Shown: positions 1 through 9,549, counted from the stretch's first letter. The stretch is 64,000 nucleotides of DNA from Patescibacteria group bacterium (GCA_038065415.1 JBBTRA010000002.1:13646-77645); one strand, 5' to 3'. Notes: generated from the letters alone by a model not told the origin. A program made the numbers and translations.

Positions 1-743
1 GACTTTTTGGCGCGCAGAAAAATACGATTTGCATCGCCTTGCTTGCCGTTCTCAGTCCAAACCGCGTCGGTGAGAGGTTGGTTCACATCCGCTATCTCGA
101 TGGTGCCTTGTTTGATGCCGCTACCGTAGAGACCATCTTCTGGGTATGCAACCGCGTGAGAGTAGTAGATCTTTACTGGAGCTGATTCTTGGTATGCAAC
201 CTGATGTATTACGAGTACATGATCTCGTTCACCTTCTTCGGTATTATCGAGCATGGTGATGATGTCGCCAGGGAGGATATCTTTGATCGCAACGATCGCG
301 CTGTTGTCATCGTGTGCAAGAGTGGCGACGTCACAATTCTCGATCGGGCGGAGAGTGCTGCGCAATTTTGCCATGAAACCAGTGCAGCGGACGAATGAGA
401 TACGCTTGCCGAGTACACCTTTCTTGAGTTCTAGGGACTCAGCATTGAGGATGTAGTAGGCGAATCCAGAACAGTCGATACCGATGTTCTCGTCAGTTAG
501 TACCTTCTTCAGGGCATCCCCAGTCAGTGCAGCTATCGAAACATGAGATTTGATAATGATGGTTTGTACTTCATCCAGTATATCGTGCGGTGATCCTTTG
601 CCAGCATTCACGCGCAGAGCTCCACGTGCGAGAACGGTCTTGTTGTTGAAGTAGGGGATCGAGCAGGAAGCTGAACCTACAGTGAAATGGAGATACTGAT
701 CGATCACGGACAAGGCTCGAGGCGTGAGAGTTTTTGTATTCAT
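1..743 (-). CDS. Hypothetical protein, 5' part only (runs off left edge); conserved Cys/His residues (…IDCSGFAYYILN… / …DHVLVIH…) suggest a papain-like/NlpC-P60-like or amidase-type hydrolase
   Basis: Manual translation of reverse strand from ATG (revcomp of 741-743) gives open frame to position 1 with no stop: MNTKTLTPRALSVIDQYLHFTVGSASCSIPYFNNKTVLARGALRVNAGKGSPHDILDEV…IDCSGFAYYILNAESLELKKGVLGKRISF…ERDHVLVIHQVAYQ…; not in ORF track because no stop inside window. Immediately downstream (same strand) of ATP-grasp gene. Confidence 0.4.
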   Translation of the reverse strand, partial: MNTKTLTPRALSVIDQYLHFTVGSASCSIPYFNNKTVLARGALRVNAGKGSPHDILDEVQTIIIKSHVSIAALTGDALKKVLTDENIGIDCSGFAYYILNAESLELKKGVLGKRISFVRCTGFMAKLRSTLRPIENCDVATLAHDDNSAIVAIKDILPGDIITMLDNTEEGERDHVLVIHQVAYQESAPVKIYYSHAVAYPEDGLYGSGIKQGTIEIADVNQPLTDAVWTENGKQGDANRIFLRAKK

Positions 744-753
744 TAGCTTTGAA

Positions 754-1965
754 CTAGTGTTTCTTGGTCATCATGGTGACTATCTCTTTGCCACGCTCAT
801 TGAAAACGCCGTGTCTCTCCATGATTCCGCGGGCACCTTGGATCCTGAGGAGGTCGGTATTGTATTCAGTATTAGGATAGGGAATGACATTATAGCCAGC
901 CGATTCAAGGGCAGTGATTGCATCGTTTGAGATAGAGTTCACGGTTTTGGTCACTCGCTGGATGATTTGTGCGCCATCATTCACGGGAATAATCTCTTCC
1001 TCGATACTTTCGCCGAGGAGCGCTTTGATGTGTGCCTCGAATGTGGTGAGTCCCGCAACTCCTTGGAGACGGTTCTCTTTTTGCAAGAAGGATTCGAAAG
1101 TTGTAGATGCTGGCTGGCGAGCATTGATCTCGATCAGATGGATGGTGCCACGCTCATCGTCGCGGATGAGGTCTACGCCGTAGAGACCGCGCCATCCGCT
1201 TGCGGTGAGCTTGGTGCCGATGTCTCTGACCATGGTTTGTACATACTCGAGCTCAGTGTCGCTCAGTAAATCATGCGATATGCTCCAGTCATTGCCGACA
1301 GTCGTGAAGACTCCGTCGGTGAATGGTTCCATGCCGGTGATCTGGTAGCTCACACTGCCCATGAGTATCTTGTTGGGCGCGACGATTGCATTGACGGTGT
1401 ACGATGATCCATGGATATACAGACTGCGGCGGGCCATGCGGTTGGGAAACTTTTCTTGGAGGGATGTGAGCTGGGCCTCGGAGTTCACAAGGATAGTACC
1501 GCCACCGGTATGGCCGTGTGCCCATTGGAGGACAAAAGGTTCGCCGTTCCAAGAGAGCTTCTTGGTAGGAGTGATCGTGTGTGGCGGGAGATATTTTTTA
1601 CCGAGGTCACCGAGCCACTCGATCTGAGTCATCTTATTTTCGACCATCTCGGAGAGGGAGGCCTTGGGATTGAGGAGTGTGAGACCGGCTTTGGTAGCTG
1701 CTTCTTCGACACGTGAAGTATTCTTGAAGACGATAGTGTCGGTGTTGGGTGGGATCATGCGGGCTGCATAGGCCTGCTCAATGAGGTCGCGAGTACCAAG
1801 AGTTGTATCCCCGTCGATGAGCTGGATATGGCCGGGGAATTGAGCGGCCAGCTTCTCGCCATAGGGGGTTTTGCCGGCTACCACATAGTAGTTACCCACG
1901 GGGTCTGCGCCCAGCGCACGCTCTATTTCACGGGTTATATAGGTGATGGTGCGGTCTGAATTCAT
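754..1965 (-). CDS. ATP-grasp domain protein (carboxylate-amine ligase superfamily)
   Basis: ORF 754..2178(-); realistic start at Met72 (revcomp ATG at 1963-1965) avoids overlap with divergent rsmI. C-terminal ATP-grasp signatures: …GGGTILVNSEAQL…, …GLYGVDLIRDDERGTIHLIEINARQP… (E-x-N motif). Confidence 0.6.
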   Translation of the reverse strand: MNSDRTITYITREIERALGADPVGNYYVVAGKTPYGEKLAAQFPGHIQLIDGDTTLGTRDLIEQAYAARMIPPNTDTIVFKNTSRVEEAATKAGLTLLNPKASLSEMVENKMTQIEWLGDLGKKYLPPHTITPTKKLSWNGEPFVLQWAHGHTGGGTILVNSEAQLTSLQEKFPNRMARRSLYIHGSSYTVNAIVAPNKILMGSVSYQITGMEPFTDGVFTTVGNDWSISHDLLSDTELEYVQTMVRDIGTKLTASGWRGLYGVDLIRDDERGTIHLIEINARQPASTTFESFLQKENRLQGVAGLTTFEAHIKALLGESIEEEIIPVNDGAQIIQRVTKTVNSISNDAITALESAGYNVIPYPNTEYNTDLLRIQGARGIMERHGVFNERGKEIVTMMTKKH

Positions 1966-2043
1966 GGATTCAATGTAGCAGAAAATGACGCTGATTTCTA
2001 GGCTTGGATTGAACTTATCAGTGAAGTGGAGTAGATTAACTCC

Positions 2044-2754
2044 ATGACCACCTTTTCCGTTATAGGAACCCCTATCGGCAACCTTGGAGACATCACGCTC
2101 CGAGCTCTCGAGACGCTCAAGAAGGCAGACCTCATTCTCTGCGAAGATACTCGTATGACCAAGAAGTTGCTCAGTCACTACGCTATCTCAAAGCCGACTC
2201 TGTCATATCATGCCCAGAGCGCTATATCGCGCACAGAAGATATCTTGAAGTACATTAAAGAGGGGAAGAATCTTGCGCTGGTTTCTGATGCTGGTACGCC
2301 GGGTATATCGGATCCGGGGTCGCATTTGATGCAGATTATTCGAGCGGAATTCAGGGCAGAGCTTGCGTCGGGTGCTTTGAAGATCGAAACTATCCCTGGA
2401 CCGTCAGCGCTTGCGAGCGCACTTTCTATTGCAGGAGTTCCGTGTGCGGATTTTACTTTTTTGGGATTTTTGCCACACAAAAAGGGAAGAGAGACTCTGT
2501 TCAAGGAGATTGCGGTATCCGAACGAACTATGGTGTTCTACGAATCACCGCATCGTATCATGAAGACGCTGGAGGCACTGGAGAAGCAGGGAGAACATAA
2601 TAAATTGATTACGGTCTGCAGGGAGCTGACGAAAATATTCGAGGAAGTTGTGCAGGGTAGTGCCGAAGAAGTAAAAAAATACTTTGAGGATAATAAGGAT
2701 AAGGTCAGAGGAGAGTTTGTGGTGATCGTGTCACCGCAGAAATCTACCGTATAA
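2044..2754 (+). CDS. rsmI: 16S rRNA (cytidine1402-2'-O)-methyltransferase
   Basis: N-terminus MTTFSVIGTPIGNLGDITLRALETLKKADLILCEDTR is the canonical RsmI (tetrapyrrole-methylase fold) signature; 236 aa. Confidence 0.85.
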   Translation: MTTFSVIGTPIGNLGDITLRALETLKKADLILCEDTRMTKKLLSHYAISKPTLSYHAQSAISRTEDILKYIKEGKNLALVSDAGTPGISDPGSHLMQIIRAEFRAELASGALKIETIPGPSALASALSIAGVPCADFTFLGFLPHKKGRETLFKEIAVSERTMVFYESPHRIMKTLEALEKQGEHNKLITVCRELTKIFEEVVQGSAEEVKKYFEDNKDKVRGEFVVIVSPQKSTV

Positions 2755-2912
2755 ACTATCTCAGCCGGAATAAACTACCTCGCAGCAGAGCTGCGGAGCA
2801 TGGACTCGTTTTTTCCGTCGTCGCTCGGACGCTGTGAATGCAGGACGCATTCACGCGCTCCTCGCTAGCCGGAATAAAAGGGCCGCGCATGTTTTGAATA
2901 TGGCGGCCTGAT

Positions 2913-3353
2913 TCACGCACCGAATGATTCTAGGAATCTGATCGCCTCATGCACCTCCCCGATATCTTTGCGTCGCCGTGAGACCACCGCTGCGCCGCCA
3001 TCGAAGCGTATGACAAGAATGTTTTGTAGATTTTCACCATGAATCACTCGCTGAGCGTTCTTGAGCCGGAATGGCAACTCGCCCGTCCGGATGCTGTTTT
3101 TGATGAGCCTGTCATTTTGCCTGAACAGTGTGTCTCCTGGATCTTGTGGATCGAGGTGGTCATTGTGTCCGAAGCGTATGAAAGGATCCATACCCAAAAG
3201 GAAGCAATCTTCCTCATGTCCTATCCGGTTGCATAGGCCTATGTACCAGCCTTTGTGCTCTGTGAAGAGTCGCACCGCTGTCTCATTTCCGTTCGATGGT
3301 TCGAATGGGTCGGTGTCGTGCTTCGTGAGAGCGTCGAATGTGACGTCGCTCAT
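2913..3353 (-). CDS. Hypothetical protein (146 aa); His/Asp-rich segment GHEEDCFLLGMDPFIRFGHNDHLD could be a metal site
   Basis: ORF with hairpin terminator candidates downstream (2870-2912 on reverse strand); no confident family assignment from sequence. Confidence 0.3.
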   Translation of the reverse strand: MSDVTFDALTKHDTDPFEPSNGNETAVRLFTEHKGWYIGLCNRIGHEEDCFLLGMDPFIRFGHNDHLDPQDPGDTLFRQNDRLIKNSIRTGELPFRLKNAQRVIHGENLQNILVIRFDGGAAVVSRRRKDIGEVHEAIRFLESFGA

Positions 3354-3396
3354 AAATTTCTGGCGTTATCGTATCACCCTGTGGTATATTTGCAAT

Positions 3397-3639
3397 ATGT
3401 CAAAAAGACAGCTTCTGATAGTGCTCGGTATATGGAACATGGCGTTCCTCTTTCTCGGCTTCCCGGCAGCGGCGGACAAGATTTTTGCCCTCGCTTCTGG
3501 AGCCATTATTCTTACGATCGCAGTGGCGATGAAACCTAGGGAGAAGATAGCGCCAAAGGGTCCTGTTCCGTTCGTTGACCATAAGGTTCCCGTTGCAGAA
3601 GCACACATTACCAACACTGATGCATCGATGAGTTCATGA
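3397..3639 (+). CDS. Small membrane protein (80 aa, two predicted TM helices)
   Basis: Internal Met113 of track ORF 3061..3639 (ATG 3397); MSKRQLLIVLGIWNMAFLFLGFPAAADKIFALASGAIILTIAVAM…; fills gap between 3353 and 3636; stop overlaps next start (ATGA). Confidence 0.35.
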   Translation: MSKRQLLIVLGIWNMAFLFLGFPAAADKIFALASGAIILTIAVAMKPREKIAPKGPVPFVDHKVPVAEAHITNTDASMSS

Positions 3640-4907
3640 TACGGCTTTGGCGTGAGGGCGGATCGACACGCACCACGATCGTGATCGTGGCAGCTTTTAT
3701 TATAGTTGTAGGTTTGATTGTTGCGCTGTGGCGCTTGCCTCTGGGGCGTATTACGTATACGAGTATGGTTGACTCCACGGATTTGTCGGCGGCTGTTGCG
3801 TCATCGACCCCTCTCGTAGAAGTGGCTTCATCGACCCCGGTATGGAAGGCGACACACCTCGATACTCCCGAGGCGGTGAGAGCTGTATACATGACGAGCT
3901 GGGCGGCAGGTAGTCAGAAGTTCAGGAAACACCTTTTCGACCTAGTGGATACGACGGAGATCAATGCTGTTGTTATCGATGTGAAGGATTATACCGGGCG
4001 CATTGCTTTTGATGTTGACGACCCTATGCTCATTGAGACCGGTGCAGTCGAAAGGAGAATACCGGATGTCAAAGAGTTGATCGAAGAACTCCATAAAAAG
4101 GGAGTCTACGTGATTGGTCGCGTCTCTGTTTTTCAAGATTCATATCTCATCAATGTGCATCCGGAGTGGGCGGTCAAGACGAAGGCAGGGGAGATATGGA
4201 AGGACTACAAGGGTGTCAAATGGCTCGATGCCGCAGCAAAGCCTGTATGGGATTATGCTATTGCCATCGGGCATGCAGCCTATGATGTTGGGTTCGACGA
4301 GCTCAATTTTGATTATGTGCGATTCCCGTCAGACGGCAACCTCGAAGATATAGCCTACACATGGGCTGAGGGTAAACAACGCTCCGAGGTTATGAAAGGA
4401 TTTTTTGAGTACGTCCACAATCATTTTTCAGGTACGGGCATACCAACCTCGGTGGATTTCTTCGGACTTACCACGAGTGCGGAGGGAGATCTCGGTATCG
4501 GACAGATACTTGAGCATGGTCTCGAATATTTTGATTATGTTGCGCCGATGGTGTACCCATCTCATTATGGCAAAGGATTCCTTGGATATACCAAACCAGC
4601 TCAGTATCCTTACGAAGTAATCGCATCCTCAATGGGTAGCGCCATCGCCAAGGCCGAGGCAACTACTACTCGCTCAGCTGTGCTTGGTGTGGAGCCGATC
4701 GCTTCTACCACGCCGCAACTCTATACGAAGAAATCGTATGATAAGCGAAAATTGCGCCCCTGGTTCCAAGCATTCGATCTGGGTGCAGTCTATACGCCCG
4801 AGATGGTGCGTAAGCAGATAGAGGCGGCTCATGATCTCGGTCTCGATAGTTGGATGTTGTGGGATGCGGCAAGCGTCTACGACAAGAATGATCTTCTCCC
4901 CAAGTAG
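3636..4907 (+). CDS. Membrane-anchored putative glycoside hydrolase (DUF4015/GH-like TIM-barrel family)
   Basis: N-terminal TM helix then …RAVYMTSWAAGSQKFRKHLFDLVDTTEINAVVIDVKDYTGRIAFD… resembling the 'putative glycosyl hydrolase domain' family; 423 aa. Confidence 0.5.
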   Translation: MIRLWREGGSTRTTIVIVAAFIIVVGLIVALWRLPLGRITYTSMVDSTDLSAAVASSTPLVEVASSTPVWKATHLDTPEAVRAVYMTSWAAGSQKFRKHLFDLVDTTEINAVVIDVKDYTGRIAFDVDDPMLIETGAVERRIPDVKELIEELHKKGVYVIGRVSVFQDSYLINVHPEWAVKTKAGEIWKDYKGVKWLDAAAKPVWDYAIAIGHAAYDVGFDELNFDYVRFPSDGNLEDIAYTWAEGKQRSEVMKGFFEYVHNHFSGTGIPTSVDFFGLTTSAEGDLGIGQILEHGLEYFDYVAPMVYPSHYGKGFLGYTKPAQYPYEVIASSMGSAIAKAEATTTRSAVLGVEPIASTTPQLYTKKSYDKRKLRPWFQAFDLGAVYTPEMVRKQIEAAHDLGLDSWMLWDAASVYDKNDLLPK

Positions 4908-5288
4908 AGGTGTTGTACACTTGCATCTTATTTTATAAGGAGTACCATTTACTTCCGGAAAGTGATACTCATGTACAACGATTGATTCGAGACCAAAGGC
5001 CTTGGTCGTTGTGCGTGCACAAGCAAGTAGTACAACACACAAAATAAAGTTATGGCAAAGGAAATCAAAGGAGCTCGAATCCGTCCGAGCTCAACCGCAT
5101 CTGACATTCTGGGCGGCTACAAGGTCGGGGAGCTTCCTCCGAAGTTCGCCGAACTCGCAGCCTCGCAGGAGCGTCGGGAAAATGCTCAGTCTAGCAGTTC
5201 ACGGCCTTCCACACAAAGAGTCCGTGCACATTGATCCGCCATGACACCTTGATTCCTCCAGCGACTTAGGAAATCGCATGAGAGACCG

Positions 5289-5321
5289 GCCCCCGTGCTT
5301 TTGCAGACGGGGGCTTTCGTT
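5289..5321 (+). terminator. GC-rich hairpin (GCCCCCGT-loop-ACGGGGGC) followed by TTTCGTT; terminator or leader structure
   Basis: Stem 5289-5296 / 5307-5314, loop gcttttgcag; lies 12 nt upstream of the 5333 start codon and downstream of small ORF 5052..5234. Confidence 0.4.
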
Positions 5322-5332
5322 ATGGTACAATA

Positions 5333-7342
5333 GTGTCATATATGGCTCCCGTATCAACTGATGAGAACCGAATAACATACTTTGCCGAGACTGATGCGCG
5401 CAGCAAACGCCTCAAATTTGGCATCAAAGCCAAGGATCGCACTCGCCACGTCTACGTCATCGGTAAGACGGGTATGGGAAAGTCGACTCTGCTCGAAAAT
5501 ATGGCGGTACAGGACATTCAGACTGGTGAAGGGATGTGCTTCATTGACCCTCACGGTAAGACTGCTGACCTCATGCTTGAATATGTTCCCAAGGAACGCA
5601 TTCGTGATGTGATATATATTGCTCCGTTCGATTTGGATCACCCGATCTCATTTAACGTGCTCGAGAGTGTGGATGCAACCAAGAGGCACCTCGTCGTCGG
5701 TGGTCTCATGAGTACCTTCAAGAAGATCTGGGAAGATGCGTGGTCGGCGCGTATGGAGTACATCCTGACCAACACACTCCTCGCTCTTCTTGAAGCTCCC
5801 AACACTACGTTGCTCGGGGTGAATCGTATGCTGTCTGACAAGGCGTACAGGAATGAGATTGTCTCGCATGTCACTGATCCGTCGGTCAAATCATTCTGGG
5901 TCAAGGAGTTCGCCAACTATACCGAGCGTATGGCAGCTGAGGCGGTACCAGCTATCCAGAACAAAGTCGGTCAATTCACCGCAAATCCCCTCATCAGGAA
6001 TATGATCGGACAAGCGCAGTCGTCGTTCGATTTCCGCAAAGCCATGGATGAACGCAAGATCATCATCATCAACCTTTCGAAGGGAAGGATCGGTGATGAG
6101 AATATGAAGCTCCTCGGGGGACTTCTGGTTACCAAGATATATCTTGCTGCGATGTCTCGCGCCGATGTTCCGGACCGCGTCATGAAGATGCTCCCCAACT
6201 TCTATCTCTTTGTGGACGAATTCCAGAACTTCGCCAACGCCTCATTTGCGGACATTTTGTCCGAAGCTCGCAAATACAAACTCAATCTGACTATCGCGCA
6301 TCAGTATATCGAGCAGATGGATGAGGTAGTCCGTCCTGCCGTGTTCGGTAACGTGGGAACCATGATAGCCTTTCGCGTCGGCGCGACCGATGGGGAGGTA
6401 TTCGAGAAGGAATTTGCTCCAGTTTTCGTACTTGAGGATCTGGTTAACCTAGGCTTCGCGCAGATTTACCTCAAACTCATGATCGATGGGTTGAGCTCAT
6501 CTCCATTTTCAGCAACGACATTGCCACCGATACCACATCCAGATACTTCGTATGTGGAGGAGATTATCGCTGCTTCGCGAGAGCAATTCTCGCGTCCACG
6601 TGCAGAAGTCGAAGAGCTGGTTGCCCGCTTCCACGATTCTACACCAGCCGTGAAGAAGATTGAGGCCTTGGGCGATCGCGAGAAGCCGTCACCAAAAGTT
6701 GGGTCTACTTCAATGGCGGCTGTCTCTGCGGCGCCTCGACCCCCAGTAGAAGCGCAGAAATCGACAACGCCAGTGCCACGGCCTCTCGTGGTCTCAAAAC
6801 CTGTTGTAGCAGTTCCAAAACCACCGCTCGAAGGACATTCCAGCCTGAAGGATGCACTTACTTCAGTTATTTCAAAGCCAAAGTCAGTGATTGAAGCACC
6901 AAAGCCTGTTGTTGAAGTTCAAAAACCTGCCCCTGTAATTCCCGTTGCTCCAGTACCTCCTGTGGTTGCCCATGCGGTTGCTCCTGTGTCCAAGCCGGTT
7001 GTTCAGGTTCAAAAAGCACCTGTAGAAATTCCAAAACCAGTGTCGCTCTCAGCTCTCGCACCAAAGCCACAAACACCTCGACAAGATCCAAAGGCTCAAT
7101 CAAAAGAGAATGTAAGCAGTCTCAAGAATGCTTTGGCAGCTGCCATGGCGAAGAAGGGGGATAGTGCTCCACAAGTAGCGAATGTTCAGCCCCTCAAGTC
7201 TCTCGAAAATCTTAAACAGGTGCCCAAGGCTCCGTTGGTAGATTCCAAACCTCCTCAGGCAAATACTGCACACACAACACCAAAACAGGTTCCGCATGAG
7301 GTTCCCGAAGATGTCCTGAAGCGGGTATTGAAAGTAGACTGA
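5333..7342 (+). CDS. VirD4/TraD/TrwB-like P-loop NTPase (type IV secretion coupling-protein DNA-binding-domain family) with C-terminal Pro/Val/Lys-rich low-complexity tail
   Basis: Walker A VIGKTGMGKSTLLEN, Walker B LFVDEFQNFA, …LTIAHQYIEQM…; no N-terminal TM segments; residues ~440-669 are repetitive KPVV/PKP/VQKP low-complexity (…KPVVAVPKPP…APKPVVEVQKPAPVIPVAPVPPVV…). Confidence 0.55.
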   Translation: MSYMAPVSTDENRITYFAETDARSKRLKFGIKAKDRTRHVYVIGKTGMGKSTLLENMAVQDIQTGEGMCFIDPHGKTADLMLEYVPKERIRDVIYIAPFDLDHPISFNVLESVDATKRHLVVGGLMSTFKKIWEDAWSARMEYILTNTLLALLEAPNTTLLGVNRMLSDKAYRNEIVSHVTDPSVKSFWVKEFANYTERMAAEAVPAIQNKVGQFTANPLIRNMIGQAQSSFDFRKAMDERKIIIINLSKGRIGDENMKLLGGLLVTKIYLAAMSRADVPDRVMKMLPNFYLFVDEFQNFANASFADILSEARKYKLNLTIAHQYIEQMDEVVRPAVFGNVGTMIAFRVGATDGEVFEKEFAPVFVLEDLVNLGFAQIYLKLMIDGLSSSPFSATTLPPIPHPDTSYVEEIIAASREQFSRPRAEVEELVARFHDSTPAVKKIEALGDREKPSPKVGSTSMAAVSAAPRPPVEAQKSTTPVPRPLVVSKPVVAVPKPPLEGHSSLKDALTSVISKPKSVIEAPKPVVEVQKPAPVIPVAPVPPVVAHAVAPVSKPVVQVQKAPVEIPKPVSLSALAPKPQTPRQDPKAQSKENVSSLKNALAAAMAKKGDSAPQVANVQPLKSLENLKQVPKAPLVDSKPPQANTAHTTPKQVPHEVPEDVLKRVLKVD

Positions 7343-7344
7343 AG

Positions 7345-8547
7345 ATGTGGAAGTATGGAGATATGAATACCTCCTCTGGGAACACTCGACCGAAGCGTGT
7401 ACTCATATTCTCTCTTGTATATTATCCTCGCACGATCGGCGGGGCAGAAGTCGCTGTAAAAGAGATCGCTGATCGTATCAGTCCATCTGAGATTGAGTTC
7501 GACATGATCACGCTCCGCAAGCATGCGCCTGCATTCGACCGTGTTGGTACCATCAATGTCCATCGTGTCGGGTTGCCGTGGATCGGCAAGAATACCCGGA
7601 GCTCAAAGCTTTTTCCGCTATCAAAAATCCTCTACATCCCGCTGGCTGGACTCAAGGCGATCTCGCTTCACAGAAAAAATAATTATGATGTCCTGTGGCC
7701 GATCATGGCGAGCTATGCTGGATTCTCCACACTTATATTCAGGGCATTTTTCCCGAAGGTGCCGGTCCTCCTCACTATACAAGAAGGAGACAACTTTGAG
7801 TGTCGTACAGGTGTTCTTGGTTACTTTTTCAGAAAGATATTCAAGAGTGCTAATCAGATTCAAGCCATATCGAACTTTCTTGCTGACTGGTCGAAGGACA
7901 TGGGTGCGACATGTCCGGTAACCGTCATTCCAAATGGTGTTGATGCTGATGTTTTTTCAAAAAAAATATCAGACACTGAAGCACAGGCTCTCAGAGATAA
8001 GCTTGGTAAGAAAACCGGCGATATATTCCTCGTGACCACTTCTCGCCTCGTTCCTAAAAATGGCATAGCTGATGTGATAGCTGCGCTTGAGCATCTTCCG
8101 GTGAATGTGAAGTTTTTGATTATTGGCAGTGGTCAACTGGAGGAGAGTCTCAAGTCACAAGTAGCAAGTAGCAAGTTGGAAGACAGGGTGATCTTTGGTG
8201 GCTTCATGCCGCACGAAGAAATGGCAAAATATGTACAGGTCTCTGATATCTTCATCCGCCCATCGCTGTCTGAAGGTCTGGGCAACTCATTCCTGGAAGC
8301 GATGGCTGCTGAAATACCTGTGATTGCCACCCCTGTTGGAGGTATACCGGATTTCTTGGTCGATGGTGAGACTGGCCTCTTTTGTGATGTGAGCAGTCCC
8401 AAGAGTATTGCCCAGAAGGTGGAGAAGCTCATCAAGGATCGTGAGTCGCGCGACTACATGGTCAGGAACGCGAAGAAGATGGTTGAAGAGAAATATGGAT
8501 GGAAGGGGATTGCTGAGGAGATGAAGAGGTTAATGATCAAGATTTAA
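7345..8547 (+). CDS. Glycosyltransferase family 4 (GT-B, retaining)
   Basis: EX7E motif region EGLGNSFLEAMAAEIPVIATPVGGIPDFLVDGETGLF; N-terminal …YPRTIGGAEV…. Confidence 0.7.
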   Translation: MWKYGDMNTSSGNTRPKRVLIFSLVYYPRTIGGAEVAVKEIADRISPSEIEFDMITLRKHAPAFDRVGTINVHRVGLPWIGKNTRSSKLFPLSKILYIPLAGLKAISLHRKNNYDVLWPIMASYAGFSTLIFRAFFPKVPVLLTIQEGDNFECRTGVLGYFFRKIFKSANQIQAISNFLADWSKDMGATCPVTVIPNGVDADVFSKKISDTEAQALRDKLGKKTGDIFLVTTSRLVPKNGIADVIAALEHLPVNVKFLIIGSGQLEESLKSQVASSKLEDRVIFGGFMPHEEMAKYVQVSDIFIRPSLSEGLGNSFLEAMAAEIPVIATPVGGIPDFLVDGETGLFCDVSSPKSIAQKVEKLIKDRESRDYMVRNAKKMVEEKYGWKGIAEEMKRLMIKI

Positions 8548-8572
8548 ATACAAAATTAAGTATAGAACTTTT

Positions 8573-9346
8573 ATGACTACCAATCGACACGCATTCATCC
8601 TCTCCACCATTGTTGATGCGGGAAATTTACTCCTTAAGACGCGTGATGAGAAATTCACTATTTCTTTCAAGAATGGTGACAGCAGTGACTTAGTCACATC
8701 AGTTGATATTGTCGTCGATGAATTTATCAAAAAGGCGATTCAGGCTACTTTTCCTAGTGACAAAATCTATTCAGAAGAATCTGCGAAAGATGATTCTGAT
8801 GAACATGATGCATGCTGGACGATTGATCCCATAGATGGAACCTCTAATTTTGCGCGCGGTATTCCGCATTTTGCTGTCTCGCTCGGGTATGTTGAAAAGG
8901 GTGTGTGTATCGTGGGTGCTGTGTACAACCCGATCACAAAAGAGCTTTTTAGTTTTGAAAAAGGAAAAGGCGCCTTTTTGAATGGGGGAGCGATACATGT
9001 ATCAGGAATAGAGTCGTTGAAGGATGCATACGTTTTATTGCATATCGGTCGTCCAGAATCGCTCCGTGAATGGGGTTTGGGTATGCAGAGGAAGCTCCTT
9101 GGATCTGCGAAGAAGACCATCAACCTTGGCTCATCAGCGCTCGATCTCTGTTTTGTGGCCGCAGGGAAAGTAGATGTAACTATTTATGGGACTTTGACTA
9201 CGCTTGATTGTGCGCCTGCAGTTGGAATAGTTCGAGAGGCGGGAGGAGAGATATATGATGGAGAAGGAAAAGCTATTGAATTGAAGACGGGGCCTCAGAA
9301 GATATTTGCGGTAGCAACTAGGAATCTATTTGAGCACGTGCGATAA
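8573..9346 (+). CDS. Inositol monophosphatase family protein (SuhB/CysQ-like)
   Basis: Signature WTIDPIDGTSNFARGIPHFAVSLG and downstream …GSSALDLCFVAAGKVD…. Confidence 0.75.
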   Translation: MTTNRHAFILSTIVDAGNLLLKTRDEKFTISFKNGDSSDLVTSVDIVVDEFIKKAIQATFPSDKIYSEESAKDDSDEHDACWTIDPIDGTSNFARGIPHFAVSLGYVEKGVCIVGAVYNPITKELFSFEKGKGAFLNGGAIHVSGIESLKDAYVLLHIGRPESLREWGLGMQRKLLGSAKKTINLGSSALDLCFVAAGKVDVTIYGTLTTLDCAPAVGIVREAGGEIYDGEGKAIELKTGPQKIFAVATRNLFEHVR

Positions 9347-9549
9347 GAGATGGGTAACAAATTTTGAGGAGGGAGGAGGGCACCCTTCCCCGATGTTTTT
9401 TCTAAGGCAACTTCTTTTTCAAATGTGGTGTAGTTTGGAAAATCACGGCTTCAAACCTCAGCCTTTTAAAACACAAAAACGGATTTCTGTGAATGAAAAA
9501 GTGTGTGGTACCTGCCTATCTTTTGTACCCCCAAGTTTCACTGCATGGC

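Noticed and set aside
754-2178. Full 474-aa extent of the ATP-grasp ORF
   Set aside because: The first 71 codons overlap the divergent rsmI gene and lack conservation features; the start was moved to Met72 (1965).
3061-3396. N-terminal two-thirds of the 192-aa plus-strand ORF 3061..3639
   Set aside because: Overlaps the minus-strand gene 2913..3353 and is Ser/Cys/Arg-rich low-complexity; only the C-terminal 80 codons (from ATG 3397) look like a real small membrane protein.
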